The position numbers and the translations under genes are program-made. DNA of 64,000 bases from Mobula hypostoma (lineage: Eukaryota). Shown piece after piece: positions 12,846 to 24,446 of this stretch. Numbering within the stretch: the stretch's first letter is position 1; every line of letters begins with the position of its first letter. Location: positions 130,016,001 through 130,080,000 of the forward strand of contig NC_086097.1 of assembly GCF_963921235.1 (NCBI RefSeq). The letters run 5' to 3'. Below the pieces are notes generated by a model, which searched no databases, was not told the origin of the DNA, and saw only the letters and a list, made by a program, of their open reading frames with translations.

Positions 12846-13998
12846 GAAATACAGAATTATGGTCCCTAATGAAAAGTTTAAAAAAAAATGTAATTTCGTC
12901 ATACTCAGGCAAGAAACTTGAAGAAACGGTGCAAGCAGTTGCCAATGAAACGAAACACAACCTCAGAGCTTTAAATGACAGCGGAGATCAAATTAAGTTC
13001 AGTTTAATTTAAGAAGTTAAACTGAACTTCTCTATTAAAGATTATGAAAGATCTTTCAATAATCTTAAATGGAGACGGAATGAGAAATCAAACATATCCT
13101 GCAGCGGATTCCACACGTCATTTGTTAGCTAATTTGGAGAAAGTATGTGGAGAGCAGGGGAGTGGAAAAAGGAAAAGTACTTCATGAGAATCATTATTAG
13201 CATGGGAAAAATTAAAAGGGACTGGTATTATAGTTCATTTTGATTGGCTTCATGAGAATGACAAGATGAAGATTGAGTCATCAGTGTAACTGTCCCCAGA
13301 CCGATTAATATGATACATCACTGGTTGCTCATAATGATCACCCCCAGATACCACTTTCATCCAAACTGCTGCGCCCTTATTAGCAAATAACAGTGCGCAT
13401 CTCAAACAGGCCTCTTGTCAATGGAAAGCAGTGTCATAAAATTAATTTCACTCAGAAGAGATGTTTGCTCCAGTGTAAATGTCAGTGGAAGAGTTTTCAT
13501 CCCTACCTGGCGCTGATTTAATGGGCCAAACGCTCCCCTTCTGTGGAACTATGATTCGATGAACTATCTTGCCCCTTCCCAACCTCTCAGTTGCCAATTT
13601 ACTGAGAGAGCTCCACTTGCAAATATTCTAAAGTGACGTGCTGTCAATCAAACTGTAACACTTGGACGGTTGGTGATGAATGCTTCTGAAATAATAACAC
13701 AGCATTTCAAAAAGAATTGTCATGCTGCATTCACTCCCAGTTCTCAGAGCAGTTTTATACAAGAACCATGAGCATCCAGACAATTTATGCCTCTGAAACA
13801 AGTAAAAACTCAGACATCATAACTTATCCTACTTTTAAATTCTCTACCCACTACTTGTTGGTCACTTCTCATGGATGTTGAACTGTTGCCTCATAGACAA
13901 AATTTGCTGCTGTAATTTTAGCACTAAATAAGGGTAACCAACTAGGAAGGAAGTGAGGGTTATGTAATATATATTTTCACTTATTAACAAAATAATTC

Positions 13999-14657
13999 GG
14001 GAGGAGCGGGAGGAGAAGATGGTGGCACGATGCAGCTCGCAGCGGCCACTCTGGTGCTGATGTCTGTTATTTGTCAAGTAGTGTGCCGTGCACAATCCTC
14101 ATTTGATGGAGATGGACGTGAGAGCACGGAGGAATATCTGGTGAAACTTCTGAAATGCCTGCTTCACTGCCGCTGCTACTGTGTGGTCCAGAATCTCCGG
14201 AGGAGAAGGCCCCGAGTCCTCGGCTTTGCTCGTTGCTCGGTGGCCGGGGCGGGGTCGAAGCGCTCGGCAGAGGATGCAGCTCGGTGTCGGAGGCTCGAAG
14301 TTTTCAGACGGATTCAGAGTCCGCTGCGGTTGGGTGCTTCCAATGGTGCTGCATCGGCAAGTCTGAGGCGCTTGAAGGTTCATGGCAGGGAGAGTTTCTC
14401 CCTTCTACCGTCTGCGTGAGATGATGGGTCTATCGGGACTTTGAGACTTTCTTTTACCGTGCCCATGGTCTGCTCTTTATCCAATTATGGTATTGCTTTG
14501 CACTGTTGTAACTATATGTTATAATTATGCGGTTTTGTCAGTTTTAGTCTTGGTTTGTCCTGTGTTTCTGTGATATCATTCTGGAGGAACGTTGTATCAT
14601 TTTTTAATGCATGCATATCTAAATGACAATAAACGAGGACTGAGTGTCCTCATAATC
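13999..14657 (+). mobile_element. Non-coding SINE-like retroelement (about 660 bp)
   Basis: GC-rich 5' end ggaggagaagatggtggc, 3' aataaac-gaggac tgagt gtcctc-ataatctaa; 6-bp TSD taattc (13993-13998, 14658-14663); related copy at 52110-55380. Confidence 0.7.
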
Positions 14658-15539
14658 TAATTCTCAGGGCTTGAGTATTGCAGGTAGGTGCACACTAATG
14701 GCACAAATGCTTGCAGTTAATGGGCCCTTGATGTAATTCCCTGGGCATCTTCAGAAGGAAGCAGAGTTCCAAGTTGCTGGTAAGAGGACTGAGGTGACAG
14801 TGGTACAAGATAGTAGAGCTGCCTCTTCACTGCTCCAGCACCCTGGCATCAATGCTGACCACACAGAGCGTGTGACTACGTGGGTTACCTGCAGGTGATC
14901 TATTCCCCTCCAACATCCTAATGATGTGTAGGTTGGAAGGTTAACTGGTCAATAAGTTACCGTCAAGTGTAGGTGAGTGGCAGGAGGAATAGGGTAGCTT
15001 TATGATGGCATGTGAGCGATGAATCAACTCAAAGTGCTGTTGGAATTTGGTGTATCAACCAGCATCCGCGAGAGAAATGAACATCTAACGTTTCAGAGTG
15101 ACACCTTTCATCTGGACTTAAGTGTCAACCACCCATTTTTCTCCATAGATGATGCCTGACTTGCTGAGTTCCTCCAGTGCTTTGGTGTGTTGCTATGGGA
15201 TTGTTGTGAAAGCAGGAATAGATTTGACAGGTTGAATGGCCTAAAAAAAAGTGAATTAGGCTGGGGCACAGAACAACGGGGAATTTACTTCCCTTTTAAG
15301 GACATGGGACATTCAAGTGCAAAGATACATATTTTCCAATAGTCATAGATATTGTTTCAACTACCAAGAGTTGCAAAGAATAATTTAGCTCAAGTATTCG
15401 ATAATGTCAACTCTTTCAGTTCAATGCACAGGTCATGATGATGGATCTCTTTTATGAGGTGCATTTTTGCAAAGAGAAACAATCTGCCCAACCATAGCAA
15501 GTATCAACTGTACAAAATAACAGGCAATGACCAAGACTT

Positions 15540-15992
15540 TATAATCATCTGGGCAACAGAATTAGAAAGATTTACCCTTTAAGGGAAGAAATTACTCCTC
15601 ATATCAGTCCTGAATGGCTCACCCATTGTTTTGAGACTAGTAGTGTGCACCTACACAACCAAAAGTCGCATCCTTCTCACATTTATTTAGCCCGTGATGA
15701 TTTTTTATTGTGCTGCAATGAGATCATCCCCTCAATCTTTTAAACCGGACAGAACACAGGTCTAACCTACTGAATTTCTCATCATATGAGGCACCTTCCT
15801 TCTTTGGAACCAGTTCAGTGAACATTCTCACTAACAAATACTATATAAAAATTAGTTGATTTTTTTACATACAAGACTGAAGTTTTTTGTATAATATTCC
15901 AGGTATGGTCTCACCAATGTCTCATATAATTGCAGTAAGACAATTTGCACCCAAAGCTCTCTTGCAATAAGGGCCAATGTACCATTTGCTTT
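15540..15992 (-). mobile_element. CR1 LINE fragment (old)
   Basis: KANGTLALIARE...LLQLYETLVRPYLEY in minus ORF 15852-16103. Confidence 0.7.
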
Positions 15993-16796
15993 AGCACACA
16001 AAGCACTGGAGGAACTAGGCGGTCCAGCAGTATCCATACAGGGAAGTGGATAAATCAATATTTCTGGTCGAGATTTTCCATCTTGACCAGATGAATTCAA
16101 CAAGTACTGCCTGTCCTTCTCAGTTCCTTCAGCATTATGGGTGTTTCTCCAGATTGCAGCATTGCAGTCTCTTGTGCCTCCTGTGGAATCATTTGCCTTC
16201 CTGTGTACCTTCTGAACTTGCTTTCAGTGACTGAAGCTCCACTTCAGCGTAGTTCTTTGCAAAACTGGAAAAACAAAATGTTTATTCCATTTCACATCTT
16301 TCAGCTCAGCTGTCACTCGTGACAGTAAATCAACCTCCTACTCCTCACAGACCAATTTTGTGCTGCTCTTTCCACAGCTCCTGTGCCCTGTAGCACAACC
16401 CTAACACATACACCTACACTTCTACATTGCTTTGAAGTGCCTACAGGAAGACATCTAAAGTTAAGTAAGCCTAAACCAGGCCTATGATTGATTTTAGTTC
16501 ACATGATAGAATTGACTTTTGCCTAACAACAGCTGGCAGTAATTCAATAACTACCTCTAAAAAATCTAAAGCATCAATCGCATAAGCAATGCAAATGTAT
16601 TTCGAACAAAGTAATACTGATCTGTCAAATTGTGGAAGAAAATTTTCTTCACAGGGATATTATTCAGATAATTCATACCTTCAGCATGCCAAAACTGTGT
16701 GGGTGGATTCATGCTACTTTGAAGTGCTCACCCTATCATACCGAGGTGATAGTTGGTCAAAGGAGTTAGGAGTAAGAGCAAGCCTGCTCAGAGAAT

Positions 16797-16922
16797 TTAC
16801 CACTCAAGGTAGGACAGAGGTTTGGCTGGTAATAGAGGACTCTCTGATCTATGAGCTTTTACTACTCAAGTTAAGACAGAGATTTGGCTAGTATCAGAGG
16901 GCTTTCTGGATCTATGGGCTTT
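16797..16922. repeat. Diverged tandem duplication, two units of about 62 bp
   Basis: ttaccactcaaggtaggacagaggtttggctgg..gatctatgagcttt followed by ttactactcaagttaagacagagatttggctag..gatctatgggcttt. Confidence 0.8.
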
Positions 16923-16932
16923 TCCTGTGGGC

Positions 16933-17147
16933 ACTTTATTGATCCCGGGGGAAACTGGTTTTCGTTACAGTTGCACCATAAATAATTAAATAGTAATATG
17001 TGAATTATGCCAGGAAATAAGTCCAGGACCAGCCTATTGGCTCAGGGTGTCTGACCCTCCAAGGGAGGAGTTGTAAAGTTTGATGGCCACAGGCAGGAAT
17101 GACTTCCTATGACACTCTGTGTTGCATCTTGGTGGAATGAGTCTCTG
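16933..17147 (-). mobile_element. Rex1-type LINE extreme 3' end
   Basis: Minus strand RLIPPRCNTECHRKSFLPVAIKLYNSS, then a 3' UTR ending ...gggatcaataaag. Confidence 0.7.
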
Positions 17148-17149
17148 AA

Positions 17150-17465
17150 ATAGCTATCAAGTGCTGCTGGAAGGTCACCAACTTGGTGAAGAATACCTTA
17201 TGGTTGGCCCAAAATTTACTGATCTTCCAACACAGCCAGAGGTCTGTAAGGGAATGCTGCAGACTGGTACAGTCCACGGTTCAGCAGTACGTGCAGAGGG
17301 ATGCACTGAAGCTCAGTACAACCAAGGCTAGATTTCGCTGGGGAAGAACCACGTTTAGGGTTCTTCTTTACTGAACTTGGACAGGCAGAGTTGTGTGGGG
17401 AAGTCCCTCCAACAATGAAGAGCATCACCTCAGTGAGCCACATGACAGGCAATGGTGCTATGTTT
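17150..17465 (+). mobile_element. L1/Tx1-type LINE 3' fragment
   Basis: CWKVTNLVKNTLWLAQNLLIFQ...CCRLVQS..QYVQRDALKL..KARFRWGRT resembles the Tx1-like ORF2 C-terminus. Confidence 0.65.
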
Positions 17466-18349
17466 GCAAGCCTTGAAACGGTCACTGGTTTTTCTTTCCA
17501 CAAATGCTGCTTTACAGGCTCAGTTCATCCAGCATTTCTGCTTATGCTTCAGAATTCCAATATTTTCATTTTTATTTGTTGAGCCAACATGCACAATCCT
17601 AATCATTACCTCACTATAATAACAGCATGACTACTTTGCATTACAATGCACTTTATTTTTTTGATTCTAATTTGTGTTTTTTCTTGTAAAAATTATGTAT
17701 AATATATTCAATTTTTTTTCAGTAAGTTGTGCCGGTAATGTTCTTTGTGTATGATACTGCAGGCAAGTTTTTCATTACACCTGTGCATACATGTACTTCT
17801 GCACACAACAATAGAATTGACTTGCTTTCTGATTTGTAAACAGGACTATTTCGTATGTTTGTGGAAGACCTTGTGGTCAACCCCCACTCAACCACAAACT
17901 TCAGTAGTATAATAAGCTTCAATTTAGCAATGTTTTCACTTTCTTCAGCAGCCCCAAGCCTTGGATGATCTGACATTCCTCAAGTCCACATTCTTGCCCT
18001 TTCCTCTATTTCACAATCCCTTACTGACTAGAAATTCATCTACCTCAGTTATAAGTATCCCAAAGGTCACTGCCTCCACAACTCCCCATGGCAAGGAGAT
18101 TCAAAGACTCTTTAGGGGAGAAATTTTCCACATCACATGAGCAGGCCTCTGCAAAAAGGCATGATCCATTTCTACAGTGGAAACTTGGATGGCCCAGATT
18201 GTGGTCAAGTCCAGGTCAAGCGATCAAAGTGGCTGGCCAGGGGAGATAGGGGTCTGACTCGATGTTTGGGGTCAGAAAGAGCTGTGGTCAGGGGAGACCA
18301 TGGCGGGAGGGTCATAGAGGGCTGTTCATCCATGTAAGGGAAGCCAAAT

Positions 18350-18600
18350 AAATAGTGCAGCTGTCAGTATAACACTGTTACAGCATCAGCGACCTGGGTT
18401 CAATTCCGCTGCTATCTATAAGGAGTTTTTATATTCTCCCCGTACGCGAGCACGTTTCCTCCAGGTGCTCTGGTTTCCTCCCACAGTCCAAAGACTGGGT
18501 TAGTAGGTTAATTGGTCACATGGTGTACATGGGTGGCAGAGGCCCATGGAGCCAGAAGGGCCTGTTAGCATACTGTATCTCTAAATAAAATAAATAAAAA
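18350..18600 (+). mobile_element. tRNA-derived V-type SINE
   Basis: B-box-like gggttcaattcc, V-domain-like gtttcctccaggtgctctggtttcctcccaca, A-rich tail taaataaaataaataaaaa. Confidence 0.7.
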
Positions 18601-19787
18601 TATTTTTAAAGTGTAATTATATACCAAGTGTTAAGATCTGCTTTTAAAAATATTTTCAACAGAAGAGTCATTTAGTTGTCTTTCCTTTAACTGATGATAA
18701 GTATAGTAAGGTCCCCATCTACAGTTTGTACCTTGAGTAATAACAGCAATTACGAAACTTTAAAATAATGTTAAACTTAAGCAATTACCTACCTAACAAC
18801 ATTACTCCAAGAAACACATACATTGTGGAAGATTAGAAAAGCCAATGACTTCTGTAACCGGGATTAACATACCAATAACTTATGTTCTCGTTGGAGCAAA
18901 ATCTCATTAAAAACACTTTTTCCTTCAACAGCTCATTAACTTTTCATTAATATCATTAACATTTCAAACAACCCAACACTACTGCAGTCAGGCCCAGAAA
19001 TGAGAGTATCACTATCATCAGATACTGGAACGAGGATCACTGTGGGAAGAAAAAAATCCACACAGCGTTCAAAACAAGACCTTTGTTCAATTCTTGGCTG
19101 TTCTGATGTTCAAAAACTAAACCCTTGGCCAAGGGGGACATCAGAGTTCCGAATCGTCTATTGTTCAGAGCTCTGAATTCTAAAATGGAGCTCAGGCAAT
19201 GTTGGAAAGGTCAGTATGACAAATTAACTTTGCAAGTGAAACTTATTTAGAACTTCTGTTAACAGAAGATGGAAACATAGTTTGCACAGATTTTCCTTCA
19301 TGGAACTTAATGAAGAGGTCTTTAAATTATTCTTGGAAGCCAACCAACTCTGGCATTTATTACCTACCCCTAGTTACCCTGAAAAGATAGGGGTAGGTGA
19401 CTTTCTTAAGTGGCAAGATGTTGGATGCAACACTGTAATTTGACGAGCCAGATGAATCATTAGAAGTCCTTCACCTTGGTGTGTGACTAGAGTCAACATA
19501 GCTCAGATCAAGTTAGAACAATGTACTTTCTTCTCTAAAGGACATCACCCAACAAGTTTGGTTTATAAAACAACACAGTAGATTCACAGTCACTTTATCA
19601 AAACTATATTTTTCTTTCTGAAATTAAATTCAAACTGCCATTATGCCTCATGAGCTGAAGGAACCAGATAATAAACCCAGACTCATAATCAGTCATGATC
19701 TAACCTGGACACTTTTCTAGATGTAAAAGGAGAGATAGGGAGAGGTGGAGAGAGGTGGAGAGAGATGGAAAGAGATAAAGAGATAGA

Positions 19788-19791
19788 ATGT

Positions 19792-19844
<53 letters not shown>

Positions 19845-19845
19845 A

Positions 19846-19906
<61 letters not shown>
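19788..19906. repeat. Compound microsatellite (TACA)n(CA)n(TA)n(TG)n
   Basis: Directly visible. Confidence 0.95.
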
Positions 19907-19908
<2 letters not shown>

Positions 19909-19920
19909 ATTAATGTATTT

Positions 19921-20028
19921 CAATGGCTTCGTCTGTCTAAGTAGACAACGGATGCGCCCGGTTTAGGACTCAATTGGGTGTGGAAAAACGTCGGCTGTGG
20001 CTGAATAAGCCAATTCTTGAGCGGCAGT
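19921..20028 (-). mobile_element. RTE-clade LINE extreme 3' end
   Basis: Minus strand DCRSRIGLFSHSRR (RTE C-terminal motif), a stop, then gggcgcatccgttgtctacttagacagacgaagcc. Confidence 0.75.
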
Positions 20029-21607
20029 CTATATATATATGTAGATTTGAAACCAGTAGCCTCCCCTCCATTGATTATCTCTATGCTTCTTGCTGTCTTG
20101 GGAAATAATCAACATATGGATGACCCCTCCCACCCAAATCATTTTCTCTTGTTCCCTCTTCCATCAGTAGAAGACACAAAAGCTTGAGAACATATTCCAT
20201 CAGGCTCAAGGACAGCTTCTATCCTGCTGTTATAACACTGTTGGAAGAGAACCCTTGTATGCTAAAGGATGAACTTCTGATCTCCCAACCTACCTTGTTG
20301 TGGCCCTTGCAGTTTATTTGTCTACCTGCACTGCATTTTCTAAGTAACTATAATCCAATGTTTTGCATTATATTTTCTCATTTTACTCAATGTAGTTATG
20401 TGTGGAATGATCGGTCTGGATGGTATACAAGTAAAATTTTGTGCACTGTATTTCAGAACATTTAACAATAATAAACCAATTTCAATTAATACATAATCTT
20501 AGAATTCAATTTAAGAACTGACTAAGATTTAATTACCATTTGCAGAAGAGAGTTTAATTAGTATGGCAGCCTCGCAGCTCAAGTGATCTGGGTTTAATCC
20601 AATTTGTCGGTGCTGTCTGTGTGGAATTTGCGACTGCACGAGCTTTCCCAAGGTGGTGCACACATTCCAGGGCCAGAACAAAGCCAGAAGTTTGATCTGA
20701 AGTCCAGAAGCCAAATCCCGATAGCCGAACCCTGTGCTGGGGATGGAGGACTGTCTGTGTGTGTCGGTAAGTGGGTGGGTGAGAGGGCGGACAGGGACTT
20801 GTTTTGCTGTTGTTATTTGGTAGGTTGTTGAGTTCTGTGTTGTTCTGCAGAGTGTTGTGGGCACGCTATGCTGGCACTGGAATGTGAGGTGACACTTGCT
20901 GACTTCCCCCAGCACAAACTTAGGTTGTGCTGGCTGTTAACACAAACAACAAATTTCATTGTATGTTTTGATGTACATGCGATAAATAGATAAATCTGAA
21001 TCTGAGGTGCTGGGATCTGGAGCAAAAACCAACACGTTGGAGGAACTCAGTGGGTCAGCAGCATCTACAAAGGGAAATAGGCAGTCGACTCATCAGTCAA
21101 GACCCTTCATCTGGACTGACTGAAGAAGGGACAGCTATACTTCAAAAGCAGGATGGCCTGTCAAGTTAATTTGATAATAGTAAGTTCAGAAATTATATCT
21201 CAAATTGGAAAGCAGCCATAGGCAAAAGAATGAGCATCACTGCCAGGAAAGCTCACTAGCACCTCTACTTCCTCAGGAGGTTAAAGAAATAGGGCACTCC
21301 CTTTGATCCTCACCAATACTTATTGATGTGTGATAGAAACCATCCTATTCAGAAGCATCTTAGCTTGGTATTGAAACTGTTGGGCACAGTGTTGTGAATA
21401 TTCTCTTTTCTCCCTTTTCCCATAGAGCAGACGATACAAAAGCACTTACCCCAACAGGTTCAAGTACAGCTTTTATCCCACTTTTATGATTAGGTCCCCT
21501 AGTACAATAAGTTGTACTCTTGACCTCACACTGGCTCTTGCAACTCACTGTCTAACTGAACTACATTTTTGCTAACTCTAAGTTTAACACTATATTCTGC
21601 ATTCTGT

Positions 21608-21767
21608 GCAACAGACAAAATGCTGAAGGAACTCAGCAGGTCAGGCATCATCAATGGAAGGAAGTCAACAGTCCTGATGAAGGATCTTGGCTAGAAACAT
21701 CAACTGTTGACTTTGCTACATTAATGCCATCTGACCTGCTGAGTTTCTCCAGCATTTTGTGTGTTGC
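21608..21767 (+). mobile_element. Penelope-derived fold-back mini-element with hammerhead core at its apex
   Basis: Inverted arms gcaacagacaaaatgctg..ctcagcaggtcag / ctgacctgctgag..cagcattttgtgtgttgc around CTGATGA (21674-21680) and GAAA (21694-21697). Confidence 0.65.
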
Positions 21768-23522
21768 TCAAGATATCCAGCGTTTGCCGAATTTCTTGTG
21801 TCTTCAGTCTACATTGGGTTGTTGTTTTCCCTTCTGCCACCTCAATGCACTGATTTGTATGATTGCCATGCAAAACAAAGTTTTTCTACTGTACCTCAGT
21901 ACATGTAACCATTTTACCAATTTATTTTAAACAAACCACGTAGCAAAGCAAGGAAAGTGGCATCAGGACAAGTGACCATGAAACGGAATAATCAGAAACA
22001 CATTCATGCCAGAGAGCCAGTTCTGCTTTGGGTTGTTAATATACTGCTCAGAAGCCAACACTATCTGAACGGGCGTTCTTACATAGGTGACATTTTGACA
22101 CTACTTCATTCCTTCTTGACCACAATTTGCCTGGTAAGTATTTTCTAATCTCATTAGTAGTGCTAAAGTTACTTTCTTTTAACCTCCTTAGTTGCTGCAC
22201 AGTTCAAATTGCAACAAAGAAATATAACCACTCTGCTATCTTGCCAGAACAATGAGCAATTTATCTGGATGTCTTATTTTAGGTCTAATTTATGCAAATT
22301 GCTAGGAGGCTCATTTTATGTGATAATGATAAATTGCCACAGAATGCGAGAGGAATGAATTTATCACATCAAACGAGGGAATTATTAACTATGACCACTG
22401 AGCTATTGACAACTTCAAAATTAAAACACACAGATCATTCCTGAGAGTCAGTACAATACCTAATCAGAGTAATTAAATAGTGTGAGAGTCAGGCTACATC
22501 GCAGGGTGCTGGGAATTCATCCTGTATCAGGATACTGGGTTACCAATTTACAGCTTTCGGCTAAAGATCTGCTGATCAGTGAATGTGCTTTTAGCAGATT
22601 GCCTTGACCAGTCACAGACTATCCTGATTCAGAAGTAGCTTGAAGACTCATACAGCCAGATTTGGGAACAGCTTCTTTCCAACTGTGATAAGACTGCTGA
22701 ACAGATCCTGACCTGGATCTGGGCCGTACCCTCCAAATATCCAGACCTGCCTCTCGTTTTTTTTTTGCACTACCTTACTTTCCCTTTTCTATTTTCTAAT
22801 TATGACTTATAATTTAAATTTTTAATATTTACTAACGATTTGTACTCCAGGGAGCGTGAAGCGCAGAATCAAATATCGCTGTGATGATTGTACGCTCTAG
22901 TATCAATTGTTTGGCGACGATAAAGCAAAGCATCACCATCCCTTTATCAATGTTGGTTGAAAATCTAAAATGGCAGGACCTTCGTCATTAAGGCTAAATG
23001 TTGCCATTTTGTTTCTGGGTATCTATGAGGCAAGATTACATAAATTTACTAATTTAATCTGCAAGCGAGAAGAACTGGTAAGGAAAATGGAATAGAACCT
23101 TTCCTCTAGGTTGACGTTTGGTGTCAAATACTTGAGAGTCAGGCCTTTCAGAATTGACATTTGGAAGCATTTTCAGATTCACTATCTTTGCTACAAAGAC
23201 ATTTCTTCTCATTTCTGTCCTGTAAGGCTGCCGCCTATTTTAAGATTACAACTCTCACAGAGAACTAGGAAGCCAAAGAAACAGAGAAGACACTTAGAGG
23301 ACTTTGTGTGTGTGTGCGTGCGTATAGCAGGGGAAGGGTTAGAGGGAGGTATGGGGACTTATTTTGATATTGCTGCTGTTCAAATGTTGTTGCTTGTGTA
23401 TTCTGCGAACATGGTGGGCATGCTAAATTGACACCAGAATGTGTGACAACACTTGTCCCCAGCACATCTTTAGGCTGTGATGGTTGTTAACACAAACGAC
23501 GCATTTCACTATATGTTTTGAC

Positions 23523-24446
23523 GTATGCTCAGTGGCTACTTCCTGTATCTAATAGAGTGACCGCCTCATGTATGTTTGTGGTCTTTTACTGCTGTAGCCC
23601 ATCGACTTCACGATTTGATGTCTTGTGCCTTCAGAGATGCTCTTCTGCACACCACTTGTTATTTGAGTTTCTGTCACCTCCTTGTCAGCTTGAACCAATC
23701 TGGCTGTTCTCTCACCTTCCATTGACAAAGCTTTCTCTCCCATAGAACAGCCACACACTGGACATTTTTTGTTATTTTTCGTACCATTCTCTGTAAACTC
23801 TAGAGACCATTGTTCACGAAAATCCCAAGCAATCAGAGATACTCAAACCACCCTATTTGGCACCAACAACCATTCCATGATCAAAGTCACTTAGACTACA
23901 ATTCTTACTCATTCTGATGTTTGGTCTGAACAACAACCGAACCTCTTGACCATGTCTACATGGTTTTATGCATTAGGTGTACTGGCATACCTAACAAAGT
24001 GCCCACTGAGTCATCATCATGGTTCCGTCTGTCTAAATAGACAATGGATGCACCCGTTCTGGAGCGCAGACCTGGGCGATGGACATGGAGATCCTGGGCT
24101 GCCCAGACTTCAAGATCCCCCTCTCGGCCTGGCGGATGTGGTCCAAAGGAATGCAAAGCAGTACATTTGGCATCACCTTGGCTGCAGGAGCTGCCGGGAG
24201 GTGACGTGATACGTCATCCAACCACCTTAGGGGCTCCACTCCGGATTCGTGTAGGGTTTACTCCTTAGCCTTCTCTTCTCCCGAAGATACCCCCAAGGCA
24301 GTGGTATCCGTAACCCTGGATAGGGGCCCATACCAGGTATTCTCAGCCGGAGCCAGCTGAGCCCAGGACTCGTGTAAGGCAGGGTCGTCACGCCCTGAAG
24401 TAGTGACATATGGAGCCACTACCCACTACCCATGGCCACTGAGTGT
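23523..24446 (-). mobile_element. Non-autonomous Tc1-like element, right TIR split by a SINE
   Basis: Ends ..ctcagtggc / ..aaagtg(g/c)ccactgagtg; minus-strand remnant GERTARLVQADKE..TQIT..SISE resembles the Tc1 HTH region. Confidence 0.65.
24012..24432 (-). mobile_element. RTE-derived SINE-like element (421 bp)
   Basis: 3' end gggtgcatccattgtctatttagacagacggaacc(atg)n matches the RTE tail at 19921-19960; 12-bp TSD with one mismatch (24000-24011 tgcccactgagt, 24433-24444 tggccactgagt). Confidence 0.75.

Noticed and set aside
14030..14424. Cluster of overlapping ORFs (also 54754-55289)
   Set aside because: Caused by the GC-rich, stop-poor body of a SINE-like repeat; peptides are not conserved between the two copies.
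19717..19923. His-Thr repeat ORF
   Set aside because: Translation of a (CA)n microsatellite.
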